NCBI RefSeq assembly: GCF_963921235.1
Contig: NC_086098.1
Span: 4,836,001 to 4,900,000, forward strand
Length of the DNA stretch: 64,000 nt
Direction: 5' to 3'
Source of the DNA: Mobula hypostoma
Lineage: Eukaryota
Part shown: positions 12,416 to 23,865 of the stretch, piece after piece
Numbering within the stretch: the first letter of the stretch is position 1
How the letters are laid out: each line of letters opens with the position of its first letter
Translations under genes and position numbers: made by a program
Notes under the pieces: generated by a model
Told to the model about the DNA's origin: nothing
Databases searched by the model: none
What the model saw: the letters and a program-made list of their open reading frames with translations, nothing else

Positions 12416-13421
12416 GACTGGATGTGGAGAGGATGTTTCCTATTGAGGGGTAGACTAGGACAAGAGGGCACAGCTTCAGAACTGAGAGATATCCATTTAG
12501 AACAGAGATGAGGAGGAATTTCATTAGCCAAAAGGTGGTGAAGCTGTGGAATTCACTACCACAGATGGCTGTGGATCCAAGTCTTTGGGTTATATAGGTT
12601 ATATGTAAAAGTACACGAATGGCATACGTCATTACACCACCATATCATATGTGCACACTTCTCTAAAGTAAAGAATGAAGAACATCTGTTTATCCCGGGG
12701 CTCACACGTTTGTCTTCCAGTTAGTTTATGGAGTTACAAAACCTAACATTTACCTAATATTTACTTCCTTTCCTGCAAATGCCTGCAAGATTAATCTCAG
12801 GGTTGTATATGGTGACAGATACGCACTTTGATAATAAATTTACTTTGAACTTTGAGAAGGGATGAGAGGGGAAAAAGAGAGAGGAGGAGGGAAGGAGAAA
12901 CAATCTACTAGATGGAGAGCTTGTTCTGAGAGTCAGAAGGAGATCTCAAAGGCATAATCTCAGTACATACATCAGGAGCACTGCATAAGCAGTGCCTCCA
13001 GCATTGTCAAAGACCACTCCCATCCTTTGCACAATCCCTTTACCCTCCTGCTGTCAGGCAGAAGGTACTGAAGCACAAGTACAAGAACTGTCCAGCTGGG
13101 TAACCACTTCCCCCCAGGCTGTTAGACTACTTAACACTCTGCTGCCACTCGGCACACAGGTACACCCTGTTTGAATGCCCTGCTGCCGTGACTGTATGTA
13201 CTGGATCGTAACTGTATGCTCTGTGTGTGACCATATGTACACCCTGGCTCCAGAGGAGTGATGTTGCATTTAGTGTACAGCTGAATGATAATAAAAATGA
13301 ATTTGAACCAAAGGAAAACCCTACATCCTAACATCGTCTAACTTGAGCTTGCACACAAAGGCAAGAAATATCTGTAAAAACAAGTTGAGGTAAAAGTACT
13401 TACTGAACAATCAAAACTTAC

Positions 13422-13502
13422 TTTGCCATTCAGTGAATTATGTAGCTTCAAAAGAGGACCTCTGGTTTCCTCGGGTAGTTTTGCCAGAATTTTCAATCTG
13501 AG
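13422..13502 (-). CDS. UFL1: UFL1 coding exon (~exon 16), 81 nt; not in ORF track
   Basis: LRLKILAKLPEETRGPLLKLHNSLNGK. Acceptor gtgcag, donor AAA|gtaagt, phase 0/0. It follows a 92-bp intron. Confidence 0.93.
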
Positions 13503-13594
13503 CTGCACGTTAAAAAGGATACAACTTTAGCTTAGCACATGCAAAGAGCAAGAATGTTTAGATAGATTACACACAGTTGTTGATTTATCATCAC

Positions 13595-13725
13595 CTCTGA
13601 GGTTATTGACGTGTAGTTTTCCACTGCCATCATGAGGTCCCCAGCCACGAAATTGAAAAGGAGATTGCAAATATCAGTGGAAATGGTCTTCAACAAGTGC
13701 TTTTCTAATTGAACTTGTGTGTCAT
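13595..13725 (-). CDS. UFL1: UFL1 coding exon (~exon 15), 131 nt
   Basis: [44 protein letters not shown]. Acceptor ttttag, donor GAG|gtgatg, phase 1/0. Confidence 0.95.
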
Positions 13726-13804
13726 CTAAAATATCCAAGAACATCATTTGTTTTCATGGTATAATTAACAAAGTGAGCACAGTGAGCTAGATAAGATTAA
13801 TATA

Positions 13805-14679
13805 TACTCAGTGACCACTTCATTCAGTAGGTACACCTGTACAACTACTTGTCAAAGCAAATACCCAATCAGCCAATCATGCAGCAGCAACTCGATGCAT
13901 AACAGCATGCAGACATGGTCAAGAGGTTCAGTTATTGTCCAGGCCAAACATCAGAATGGGGAAGAAATGTGATCCAAGAGACTTTGACCATGGAATGATT
14001 TGTTGGTGCTAGATGGGGTAGTCTGAGTATCTTAGAAACTGAGCTCTTGTGCACAACCACCTCTAGAGTTTACAGAGAATGGTGAGGAAAACAAGCAAAG
14101 TAGTTCTTTGGGCAAAAACAGCTTGTTAATGAGGGGGGTTAAAGGAGAGTGGCCTGACTGGTTCAAGCTGACAGGAATGTTACGTTTTGTAACTTCAAAA
14201 CATCAAAATAAGTCAAAGGAAACAGGGGAGTCCAGGAAATGAGGGTGTAACTTCGTCTTTACTTTAAGTGAAGTGTGCTCGTCTCAGATAGTAGCGTGGT
14301 GACATATGCAACTTGCGTATTTCTACATATATCCTGTTAATAAATTATTTAAATGAACAAAAATGCTTAATTAAACTATATATCACACAAGATTGCTCAA
14401 ATATTATTGAAATACTAAATACATAACAAGGAAGGCAACAATAACTCTAGTAGCCCCATGTTACAACAGTGCTGTGCAGAAGATCATCTCTAACACACAA
14501 CACGTCGAACCTTGAAGTCGATGGGCTAGAAAAGCAGACAGCCCCACCGGGTTCCACTTCTGTACCTAATAAGGAGGCTTCAGTGACCTAACTTTCGGTG
14601 GATGGGCCTCTGCGTGCTCTTATGAATGAACAATCACTCAGTGGCCCCCTCCTGTATTGAATAAATTGGCCACTGAGTG
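13805..14679 (+). mobile_element. Deleted Tc1/mariner transposon (second copy reversed at ~42163-42682)
   Basis: TA-flanked TIRs (t/c)actcagtg(a/g)cca. Degenerate transposase N-terminus MGKKCDPRDFDHGMI...LSILET from 13956. Confidence 0.75.
14178..14428 (-). mobile_element. Solo LTR of the Mag-like family inserted in the Tc1 relic
   Basis: TGTTACG...CATAACA ends with an exact 5-bp TSD AGGAA (14173-14177 / 14429-14433). Reverse complement of the LTR at 12173-12415. Confidence 0.85.
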
Positions 14680-15054
14680 TATGTTCACTTTCAAATTCTC
14701 AATAAAACTCATGGTCGATATACAACCACACTTCCTGGCTGCACCATGCAAAATGGTCACTGCAATAGTCCTCGGAAAATTTCTGCTGTCCAGAGGATGC
14801 TCGAAGAGATTTATGGTAATTGAAACAGGAAATACAAATTCAGGCTGATTGCTGAAAGCAATCACGCCACGTTTAAAAAAGTAATCATACACTACTCCTG
14901 CTGTTTACTAATCGAAGTACTGTTGATCACAGAAATCTGAAATTAAAGAAAATGGTCAGGTAATAGTCATATAGAAAGGAACAAAAATAATATTTCATGT
15001 CAATGACGTTTTAACAGAAAGGGATATAGCTAGAGTTGCAATTGGTTTTGGCAA

Positions 15055-15532
15055 ATTTGCCTTCTTCACCACAGATTCAACCTGTAAATTAACCTTCTGG
15101 GAGTCTTGCATGAGGACTCCCGAGTCCCTCTGCACCTCTGATGTTTGAATTATCTCCCCGTTTAGATAACAGTCTGCACTTTTGTTCCTTTTACCAAAAT
15201 GCATTATCATACATTTCCCAACAGTGTATTCATCTGCCACTTTTTTGCCCATTCTTCCAATTCTTCTAAGACCTGCTGCAATCACATTCTTTCGTCAGCA
15301 CTACCTACTCCAACCTATCTTTGTATCATCTGCAAACTTTGCCACAAAGCCATCAATTCCATCACCACTGAAGGCCAACACACTATACACCTTCTCAACC
15401 ACCCAGTCAACTTGTGTGGCAACTTTGAGGGATCGTTGTACGTGGACCCCAAGATCCCTCTGTTCCTCCACACTGCTAAGAATCCTGCCATTAAACTTGT
15501 ACCCTGTGCTTAAGTTTAACTTTCCAAAGTAC
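15055..15532 (-). mobile_element. CR1 RT fragments
   Basis: KFADDTKIG, KCMIMHFG and QRDLGV motifs. Confidence 0.8.
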
Positions 15533-16042
15533 ATGATTTTCTTTTCCTATTCATTCTTAGAGATACAGCACAGAAACAGGCCTAATGAACCCACGCCACC
15601 TAGTCATACCCGTGTGACCAATTAACCTACTGACCTGTACACCTTTGGAATGTGGGAGGAAACCCACGTGGACATGTGGAGGATCAATAAGCTCCTTACA
15701 AATGGTGGCGGCAACTGAATCTGTGTCACTGGCACTGTAATACCACGACGCTAATTTTCAGCTTAAGCACATCTTCCCATCAAGAGGAAAGAGAAAGCAA
15801 GTGCTCCTCTTCAGAGTGTGTACCAGAGCACGAGTCTACCTGGAATCTCATGTGTAGCTCTGAGCACTGCTCTGCTCTTCAGGTGAGATATACTGACCTT
15901 GGTAAGTGCTGAGGGAAGATAGCACAGAGAATTATTGCGCAGATTTGACATAACAATTCTGAACATAGAAGGTTAGTTGCACCTTGACAGCAACTTCTTA
16001 AGGATTCTTTTATTCCACTGTACTTAGATGCTGAAAGGGAGC

Positions 16043-16345
16043 CGGGTGCTACAGTAGTGTAGTGATTAGTGAGACATTATACAGCTTGGGATATTCCGGA
16101 GTTCAGAGTTCAATTCAGGCACTGTCTGTAAGGAGTTTGTACGTTCTCAACATGGAATGTGTGAATTTTCCCTGGGTGCTCTGGTTTCTTCCCACTGTCC
16201 AAAGGCATAGCAGTAGATTAACCGGTCATTGTAAATTGTCCTGTGATTAGATTAGGGTGAATTGGGATGGTCAGGGGTTGCTGGGGTGGCGTGGCTCGAC
16301 GGACTGCAAGGCCCTACTCCATACAGTATTGCTGAATAAATAAAT
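16043..16345 (+). mobile_element. tRNA-derived V-SINE (HE1-like); other copies ~15560-15750(-), 24661-24710/25278-25410, 25910-26176(-), 27605-27900, 56590-57135, 62845-63130(-)
   Basis: A-box-like tagtgtagtg, B-box-like gagttcaattc, and a V-domain-like gggtgctctggtttcttcccac shared between copies. Confidence 0.7.
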
Positions 16346-16374
16346 ATTCAATACCTTTAAAACTGTGGTTTTGA

Positions 16375-17595
16375 TAGACCATAAGACATAGGAGCAGAAT
16401 TCCTCCCAGAGTCAAAAGACCATAAGACAAAGGAGCAGAATTCGGCCATCTGGCCCATCAAGTTTGCTCCACTATTCAACCATGGCTGATCTTTTTTTTC
16501 TCCTCCTCAGCCCCACTCACCAGCCTTCTCTCTGTAACCTTTGATGTCACGTCCAGTCAAGAACCTATCAAGCCCTACCGTAAATACACCCAATGACCTG
16601 GTCTCCACAGCTGCATGTGGCAACGAGTTCCACAAATCCACTACCCTTTGGCTGAAGAAATTTCTCCGTATCTCTATTCTGAATGGGCGTCCCCACATCC
16701 TGAGGTTGTGCTCTCTTGTCCTAGACTCCCCCACCATGGAAAACATCCTTTCTACATCTACTCTGTCTAGGCCTTTCAACATCGAAAGGTTTCAATGAGA
16801 TCCCCCTCATCCTTCTAAATTCCAACGAGTACAAACCCAGAGCTATCAAACATTTGTCCTTTCATTCCTGGAATCAGCCTTGTGAACCTCATCTGAATCC
16901 TCTCCAATGCCAGCATATCTTTTGTAAGATGAGGGGCCCAAAACTGTTCACAATACTCAAGGTGAAGCCTCACCAGTGCCTTATAAAACCTCAGCATCAC
17001 ATCCCTGCTCTTGTATTCTGGACCTCTTGAAATGAATGCTAACATTGCATTTGCCTTCCTCTCCTATCTTGTCTTGTGTCAGCATGTACCCCATCACCTC
17101 ATCCTTAACAATTGATTCCAACATCCTTCCAACCACTGAGGTCAGGCTAACTGGTCTATAATTTCCTTTCTGCTGCCTTCCTCCTTTCTTAAAGAGTGGA
17201 GCGACATTTGCAATCTTCCAGTCCCCTGGCACCATGCCAGAGTCCAATGATTTTTGAAAGATCGTTTGCTACCTCTTTCAGAACCCCAGGGTACAGTTAT
17301 CTGGCCCGGGTGACCTTAGGTTTTTCAGTTTTTTGAGCACCTTCTCCCTTGTAATAGTAACTACACTCACATTTCTTTCCTCATACTTTTCAACATCTGG
17401 CACACTGCTAGTGTCTTCCACGGCGAAGAATGAAGCAAAGTACTCATTTAGTTCATCTACCATCTCCTTGACCCCCCCCCCCCATCCCAGTTATTATTTC
17501 TCCAGCCTCATTTTCTAGCGGTCCTCTATCCATTCTCATCTCTGTTATATTTTTTACATACTTGAAAAAGCTTTTACCATCCACTTTGATATTGC
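16375..17595 (-). mobile_element. CR1 fragment (internally deleted ORF2 plus 3'UTR)
   Basis: GNYRPVSLTSVVG, HLEYCEQFWAP and FFSQRVVDLWN motifs. Confidence 0.88.
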
Positions 17596-17817
17596 ATCAG
17601 AACTAATCTTAGTTCTTTCTTCTTTGATCACCATCATGCTGCGTAGATAGAAGACAATCCAGCTTGCATGGTCTAATACTATGCTGCTGCATCACACGTA
17701 ACTCACAAGACCTCAGTGGATTTTAGTATTGTGTAAACTGGTTCGACAACACTTCCTTGGGAACACCTCACTGATTTGACCAAGTACAAATCCTGTGTTC
17801 ACGTAGAGAGATTTTAC

Positions 17818-17984
17818 CTGTAAAGAGCTTGGCTCCCTTCTCAAACAACTTTATGTTGTTGTGGAACTGCGAGACCTCCTCCTGTAGTTCTTTCACCGTC
17901 TTTTTCCGACTTGCCCCTGAGGTGGAGGAGGCAGTGGATGTGAACACCGTGTGTAACACTTCCTGATAGCTCTTGTTTAAAGGT
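17818..17984 (-). CDS. UFL1: UFL1 coding exon (~exon 14), 167 nt
   Basis: PLNKSYQEVLHTVFTSTASSTSGASRKKTVKELQEEVSQFHNNIKLFEKGAKLFT. Acceptor taacag, donor CAG|gtaaaa, phase 2/1. Confidence 0.95.
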
Positions 17985-18307
17985 CTGTTAACGAAATGAA
18001 CAATAACTATCAGTCCACAAGAACACAGCATCTGCTTTTGGAATATATATATTTTCATTCAGGGTGCAATTATATTTCATTATTCAAACCAATATAGATA
18101 ACACAAGTAATAAGTCTGTCAATACATTACCCATATATTAAACAATGTTAAATCACAAGAGATTCTGCAGATGCTGGAAATCAGAGTAACAAATGCTGGA
18201 GCAAGTCGGGTCATATGCAGTTTTTTGTTGATTCTATTGCGTTTCTTTCTGTTCTGTATGAATGCCCACAAGAAAGTTATTCTCAGGGTAGTATACAGTG
18301 ATATTTA

Positions 18308-18370
18308 CAGTACTGTGCAAGAGTCTTAAATATATATAGCTAGAGTACCCAAGACTTTCGCACAGTACTG
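18308..18370. repeat. Short palindromic Tc1-type MITE (others ~7480, 18475/23810, 43551-43622, 44035-44101)
   Basis: Terminal inverted repeats CAGTACTGTGCAA...TCGCACAGTACTG. Confidence 0.6.
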
Positions 18371-18509
18371 CATAATTAAAACAGGAAGGTGGTTAGGAAA
18401 CAGAAATAAGAATACGTAGCTTTGCATTAACTGAGCAGTAATGTGTCATTTGGTAACTAGAAAGAGATAATATACAGTATTGTGCAAAAGTATTATATAT
18501 ATAAAAAAA

Positions 18510-18975
18510 ATTTTCTCACCCCTTATGGGTGGTATGTGTATTTTTCCCTCTCAATCTCTGGTCCTTGCAGTGCGCTCTTCTGGACCGAGATCTCAGATGT
18601 TGTTCCCGGGGTTTGTAGAAGTTACTCTCCCAGTTCAGGTGTCACAGCTCCAAGTGTTCCTGTCACCACCGGGATTACTCTGGCTTTAACCTTCCACATC
18701 CTTTCTATCTGTTCTTTCAACCTGGTATTTCTCCAGCTTCTCATATTCTTTCTTCCTGATGTTACTGTCATTCTGGATTGCCACATCTATATTACTATTG
18801 TTTCCTCCTGTCCTTTGTCCTGTATTACTATGTCTGGTTGGTGGCCAGTACCTGTTTACCATCTGTATTTCAAAGCCCCACGGGATCTCAGCTCTGTCAT
18901 TCTCCACTACCTTCTCGGGAGTTTCCCATTTGGACTAGGGAGAGTCCAATCCATACTCAGTGCAGACGTTCCTGT
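18510..18975 (-). mobile_element. R4/Dong/Rex6-type non-LTR retrotransposon 3' fragment (restriction-like endonuclease)
   Basis: ENDRAEIPWGFEIQ...IDVAIQNDSNIRKKEYEKLEKYQ, then VIPVVTGTLGAVT in another frame. Sits next to a TA run. Confidence 0.7.
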
Positions 18976-19018
18976 AATAACTATAATCACAGATACAGAA
19001 ATAAATGTATATATATGT

Positions 19019-19882
19019 TGTTACGTACCCCGTAACTGGGTTGCCAAACCAGCAGAAATGGATCACTCAGTTGGGAGTCTGGAGTACTAGAACTAAGAAA
19101 GTTTTATTAAAGAAACAAGCAACACATTAATCGAAAGGATAATAAATGCAACAGTTCAGCGATGATAAACGCACATGTGCACAGAATTAAGATAACAGCA
19201 TCAATCAAGCTCTATCGTTGTCTAGGGGTAAATGACCAATTTCAAAATGACTCAAAGTTCAGTCCAGTTAGTAGTTCAGTTCGCAGTAATCGTTGCCGTG
19301 GCGATGGACAAGGTGGGGGAAGAGAGACATAGAATAGGAACAACTGATCATTCAGAACACGGCTTCACTCACAGACTCAGCGAGATGGCTCACAAACAGC
19401 TTTTGGGCGGGTCCTTGGTGATGTCACCTGAGGTCACCGACTGTGACCCCTCCTCCAGATGCGGTCGATCCTCTGCAGTGAACCCGGCACCCAGGCAAGG
19501 GCGGACACACACCGGGTTCCCGCTGATCGTACCTTTCCACCCTGATCGTTGTCTGGTACTTCTCACCCACTCGTGAGAAGCGTACCGCTTCCAGGGTCTC
19601 GTTACCTCGGGTGGCGTGTGTGTCCTGCCTTAGCGAACCGGTCCCTTTTTATCCCCCTGCTGGGGTATCGCCTGTCCATCACTTCAAACAGTTCAGGGTT
19701 CAAAGGGGGGAGCCGCTCCAGACAGCTCTCTCTCCCACATCCCTTCATTACACATCTCCAGACGCTGCTCCATTGTTCCTTATCTCTCCTTCCCCTGAGG
19801 GCAGGTGGCAGACCAACTGCTGATGCCACTGATGCTAGCCCAGGCCAGCAAACATCTTAATTTTATGTGTATTCTCGTAACA
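19019..19882 (-). repeat. 3' LTR (864 bp)
   Basis: TGTTACG...CGTAACA termini. Minus-strand AATAAA at 19103-19108. PPT aaaggggggaag at 19883-19894. Confidence 0.95.
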
Positions 19883-20054
19883 CTTCCCCCCTTTAAGGAT
19901 TTTTACCGGGAGGTAAAAATTACAAACATGACTACATTATCTGATACATACACAATATACATCTTTAACAGTTATTTAGCTAATACAGAGAATTTGAAGC
20001 TGTCAACACCTTGACAGACAGTCATCACATTTTCTGTTCCTTTTACACGTGTTA

Positions 20055-21450
20055 TTAATAATCCCTTAGACCAGGCTCCAACTCAGCAAACTTCATAGTG
20101 GCCAAAAACACTGATGAATTGCGACCAATGTAACCTCTCATTTGGTTTTGTCCCGGACCACAACAACAAGGGTCGTCCCATTCCGACTCAATTTTCTCTC
20201 GCAAGGGCTTAGTAGGAGGGGGACGGGTATTGACCGCAGAGTTATTGCAAAACTTCCTGCAGTACCCCACCATCTCCAAAAGCCTTCTGAGGGCCCTCTT
20301 GTCTGTCGGGGTTGGGAGGTCAGCGATAGCCTGCACTGTAGCTTGCATCACTGCCAGCTGCCCCTGTGTCACCACAATTCCCAGGTAAGTGACCCTCGTG
20401 TGGCCGAATTCATTTTTTTCAAGGTTCACTATCAAACTGGCTTCAGACAGCCGTGTTAAATTGCCAATACACACCTCTGTGTTCATCAGCCCTTTAGTCA
20501 CTGAATTACTCAAAAAATATGGGTGTTGTTTACTTGGCTGCCCTATTGTAACCACAATCACCCAACGTACCAGTTCTTTGCATTTCCTCGGGACAATCAA
20601 ACACATAGGTGCGAGTCGTTTAATTACTCCTTCTAAAGATTCGCTTTGTTCGGGGATTAAGGGAGAGACCTTATCAGTAGACCTGGCCAAAACAATAGCA
20701 TTCTCCCATCTGACCGATCCCATCCTAATCTTTTCAAAATGGTTCTTTTCTCTTATCAGGGGGCCCCTAGCTTCATTGATTTCCACGCTAACACCGACTA
20801 GGTTTGTTAGCATATCAAAAGCCGGTGACCGTCTCAGTTCGCGTCGGTCATGATCAATAACATTTTTCCCCCTGGGCAGCCGGTAAATCTCTTTCATGAT
20901 TCCACCAACTGTTTCCTCCAGCACCGCAAAATGTCCACCGGGGGGTACCTCGTGGGCCATGTTAAAAACCTCATCCCCATAACTCTTTTGCACCACCCCC
21001 CACTCCTCATCTGCGGATGCTGTACTTGATTTCCCTTTCTTCCTTAGCACTTCCTCATCCGCACAATAGCTTGTCAAGGCTGTGTCAGAGAGAGCGGTCT
21101 CGGCAAAAACCATCAGCCCCTCGTCTCGCTCCTGCGTCTGCACAAATTCTTTCCTGGCTACTGCTACGTCCGTCCCAGCTCCCTCACTACCTCTTATCTC
21201 ACTACACCCTGTCTCATACAAGGTTGGCAGAAATGTTTCAGCCAAATTCACCATCGCGGGCGGGGCCTCCATGCTGGCAGGCTGACCCGTCAATCTCACG
21301 ACTGGGAACACGATTCCTCCGGCGATGTCATTACCGAGCAAGACTTCCACGTCTTTCATTGGTAATTCGGACCTCACCCCGATCGTGACTACTCCAGAGA
21401 CCAGGTTGCTCTGTAAGTGTATCTGGTGCAAAGGGACTGACTCTGTCCCT
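20055..21450 (-). pseudogene. Degenerate pol: protease C-half, integrase N-terminal remnant, RT remnants
   Basis: VPLHQIHL...VLLGNDIAG (protease, DTG half missing). AHEVPPGGHF (integrase HH, no CC or DDE). QPSKQHPY, EVCIGNL in place of YxDD, and VTYLG...RRLLEMVGYCRKF (RT thumb). Confidence 0.8.
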
Positions 21451-22816
21451 TCCCTAGCGGTTCGCTTAACAGCTCGATACAGCCATTCCAAATTTCCGCT
21501 TTTCCTTTCCCCGTCTCCTTCCTTGGGGCAAAGCACCTGGACGCAAAGTGTCCGACTTTCCCACAATTATAACAGACGACCCCAGGAGACTTCCTACCAG
21601 ACTGCTCCCGGTCTACCTTATCCTTTTCACTAGTCCCCGGCTTACTTTCTGACTTTTCTGGTGGACTCTCCCCGCCGTCCTGACTACCCTTCTGGTAGCC
21701 TTTACTCGGGGCAACCTTCATTTTATGCGTCAATGCATACTCATCCGCTAACTTAGCAGTTGCGGCTAACGTGGCTGCCTCTTTCTCATCGAGGTAGGGT
21801 CTCATACCCTCAGGGACACAACCTTTAAACTGCTCAATCAGAATCAGCTGCAGCAGTCTGTCATAATCCCCCTCTACCCCTTTCGAGGCGCACCAACGCT
21901 CACAATATGTTTGCATCTCACGAGTAAACTCCAAATACGTGCGGTCCCACCGCTTCCTCGCATTCTGGAACCTCTGCCGGTATGCCTCCGGGACCAACTC
22001 ATAAATCCTGAGGATGGCCTCTTTCACCACCTCATACCTCTGGGCATCTTCCGCGGATAAAGCGGAGTAAGCTTGTTGGGCTTTCCCTTTCAGTACACTC
22101 TGAAGTAAAACAACCCACTTATCCCTTGGCCAGTCCTGACTTATAGCCACTTTTTCGAAATGGAGAAAGTACCGATCCACGTCGGTATCGTCAAAAGGGG
22201 GAACCAGCCTTACCTCCTGGGTCGCCGGGAACCCTCCACCTTGGTTCGGCACGAGCCCCTGCTCGGCCCTTATCTTTAACTTCTCCAGCTCAAATTCCCT
22301 TTCCCTCTGTTTCTCCTCTCTCTCCAACTGTCTGTCCCTCTCTCTCTCTTCTCTCTCCAACTGTCTTTCTCTCTCTTGCCTTTCTACCTCTTTCTCTCTC
22401 TCTTGCCTTTCTACCTCTTTCTCTCTCTCCCGCCTTTCTAACTCTTTCTCTCTCTCCCGCCTTTCTAACTCTTTCTCTCTCTCCCGCCTTTCTAACTCTC
22501 TCTCCTGCCTTTCTAACTGCTTCTCTTCGTGTTCTAACTGCCGGACCCAGAACTCGTGCTCGAGTCTCAGTTTTTCAAGCTGTACCTGTACCGCGTCTCC
22601 AGCAGGTTTTTCGATAGACACCTCCCCCAGCTCACCTTGGGGAAACACACCTTTAGATACATAGTGCTCTACAATAGCTCTGTGTATCTCCTCTCTCCTC
22701 ATTGTCGACTTCACCTTGGCAAGATTCACCCGTTTGGCCACAGCTATCAATTCCGATTTCCTGGCATCCTCTAATGCCTCCAAGGTCGGCGCCTTTATAA
22801 ATCCCTCAACCTCCAT
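21389..22816 (-). CDS. Gag of the Gmr1-like element (E/R coiled coil, SCAN-related capsid, CCHC knuckle), 475 aa
   Basis: Uninterrupted ORF with PPFDDTDVDRYFLHFEK...YELVPEAYRQRF...LILIEQF...AKLADEY and CYNCGKVGHFASRC. Confidence 0.88.
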   Translation of the reverse strand: MEVEGFIKAPTLEALEDARKSELIAVAKRVNLAKVKSTMRREEIHRAIVEHYVSKGVFPQGELGEVSIEKPAGDAVQVQLEKLRLEHEFWVRQLEHEEKQLERQERELERREREKELERREREKELERREREKEVERQEREKEVERQERERQLEREERERDRQLEREEKQREREFELEKLKIRAEQGLVPNQGGGFPATQEVRLVPPFDDTDVDRYFLHFEKVAISQDWPRDKWVVLLQSVLKGKAQQAYSALSAEDAQRYEVVKEAILRIYELVPEAYRQRFQNARKRWDRTYLEFTREMQTYCERWCASKGVEGDYDRLLQLILIEQFKGCVPEGMRPYLDEKEAATLAATAKLADEYALTHKMKVAPSKGYQKGSQDGGESPPEKSESKPGTSEKDKVDREQSGRKSPGVVCYNCGKVGHFASRCFAPRKETGKGKAEIWNGCIELLSEPLGKGQSQSLCTRYTYRATWSLE

Positions 22817-22892
22817 TTCTGCTGTTTGTTTTTTCTTTCTTTCGGGAATTTTAACCCAATCAATTTACTCCGTCCCAAATTTAGCGTTCAAA

Positions 22893-22911
22893 ATCGCGGA
22901 CGAGAACCCCA
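22893..22911 (-). other. Primer-binding site, tRNA-Pro-like
   Basis: TGGGGTTCTCGTCCGCGAT, 4 nt after the 5' LTR, versus the canonical tRNA-Pro PBS TGGGGGCTCGTCCGGGAT. Confidence 0.75.
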
Positions 22912-22915
22912 CTTA

Positions 22916-23778
22916 TGTTACGTACCCCGTAACTGGGTTGCCAAACCAGCAGAAATGGATCACTCAGTTGGAGTCTGGAGTACTAGAACTAAGAAAGTTT
23001 TATTAAAGAAACAAGCAACACATTAATCGAAAGGATAATAAATGCAACAGTTCAGCGATGATAAACGCACATGTGCACAGAATTAAGATAACAGCATCAA
23101 TCAAGCTCTATCGTTGTCTAGGGGTAAATGACCAATTTCAAAATGACTCAAAGTTCAGTCCAGTTAGTAGTTCAGTTCGCAGTAATCGTTGCCGTGGCGA
23201 TGGACAAGGTGGGGGAAGAGAGACATAGAATAGGAACAACTGATCATTCAGAACACGGCTTCACTCACAGACTCAGCGAGATGGCTCACAAACAGCTTTT
23301 GGGTGGGTCCTTGGTGATGTCACCTGAGGTCACCGACTGTGACCCCTCCTCCAGATGCGGTCGATCCTCTGCAGTGAACCCGGCACCCAGGCAAGGGTGG
23401 ACACACACCGGGTTCCCGCTGATCGTACCTTTCCACCCTTGTCGTTGTCTGGTACTTCTCACCCACTCGTGAGAAGCGTACCGCTTCCAGGGTCTCGTTA
23501 CCTCGGGTGGCGTGTGTGTCCTGCCTTAGTGAACCGGTCCCTTTTTATCCCCCTGCTGGGGTATCGCCTGTCCATCACTTCAAACAGTTCAGGGTTCAAA
23601 GGGGGGAGCCGCTCCAGACAGCTCTCTCTCCCACATCCCTTCATTACACATCTCCAGACGCTGCTCCATTGTTCCTTATCTCTCCTTCCCCTGAGGGCAG
23701 GTGGCAGACCAACTGCTGATGCCACTGATGCTAGCCCAGGCCAGCAAACATCTTAATTTTATGTGTATTCTCGTAACA
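22916..23778 (-). repeat. 5' LTR (863 bp)
   Basis: By eye it differs from the 3' LTR at 5 substituted bases and one 1-bp indel. Confidence 0.95.
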
Positions 23779-23865
23779 ATGTGCATGCTTAAGACTTTTC
23801 CACAGTACTGTATGTATCTTGATAATAAATTTACTTTCATCTTTCTTCTCCATAGATGTTTACAA

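Larger units (their letters stand above)
19019..23778 (-). mobile_element. Young non-autonomous Gmr1-like Gypsy LTR retrotransposon (4.76 kb)
   Basis: Two near-identical LTRs, 4-bp TSD ATGT (19015-19018 / 23779-23782), PBS, PPT, gag ORF and a degenerate pol in PR-IN-RT order. Confidence 0.95.

Noticed and set aside
21389..21566. Programmed -1 frameshift between gag and pol
   Set aside because: No in-frame X XXY YYZ heptamer was found. A deletion of the protease N-half explains the frame change.
19232..23756. Duplicated ORFs at 19232-19860 and 23128-23756 as paralogous genes
   Set aside because: They are incidental frames inside the two LTR copies.
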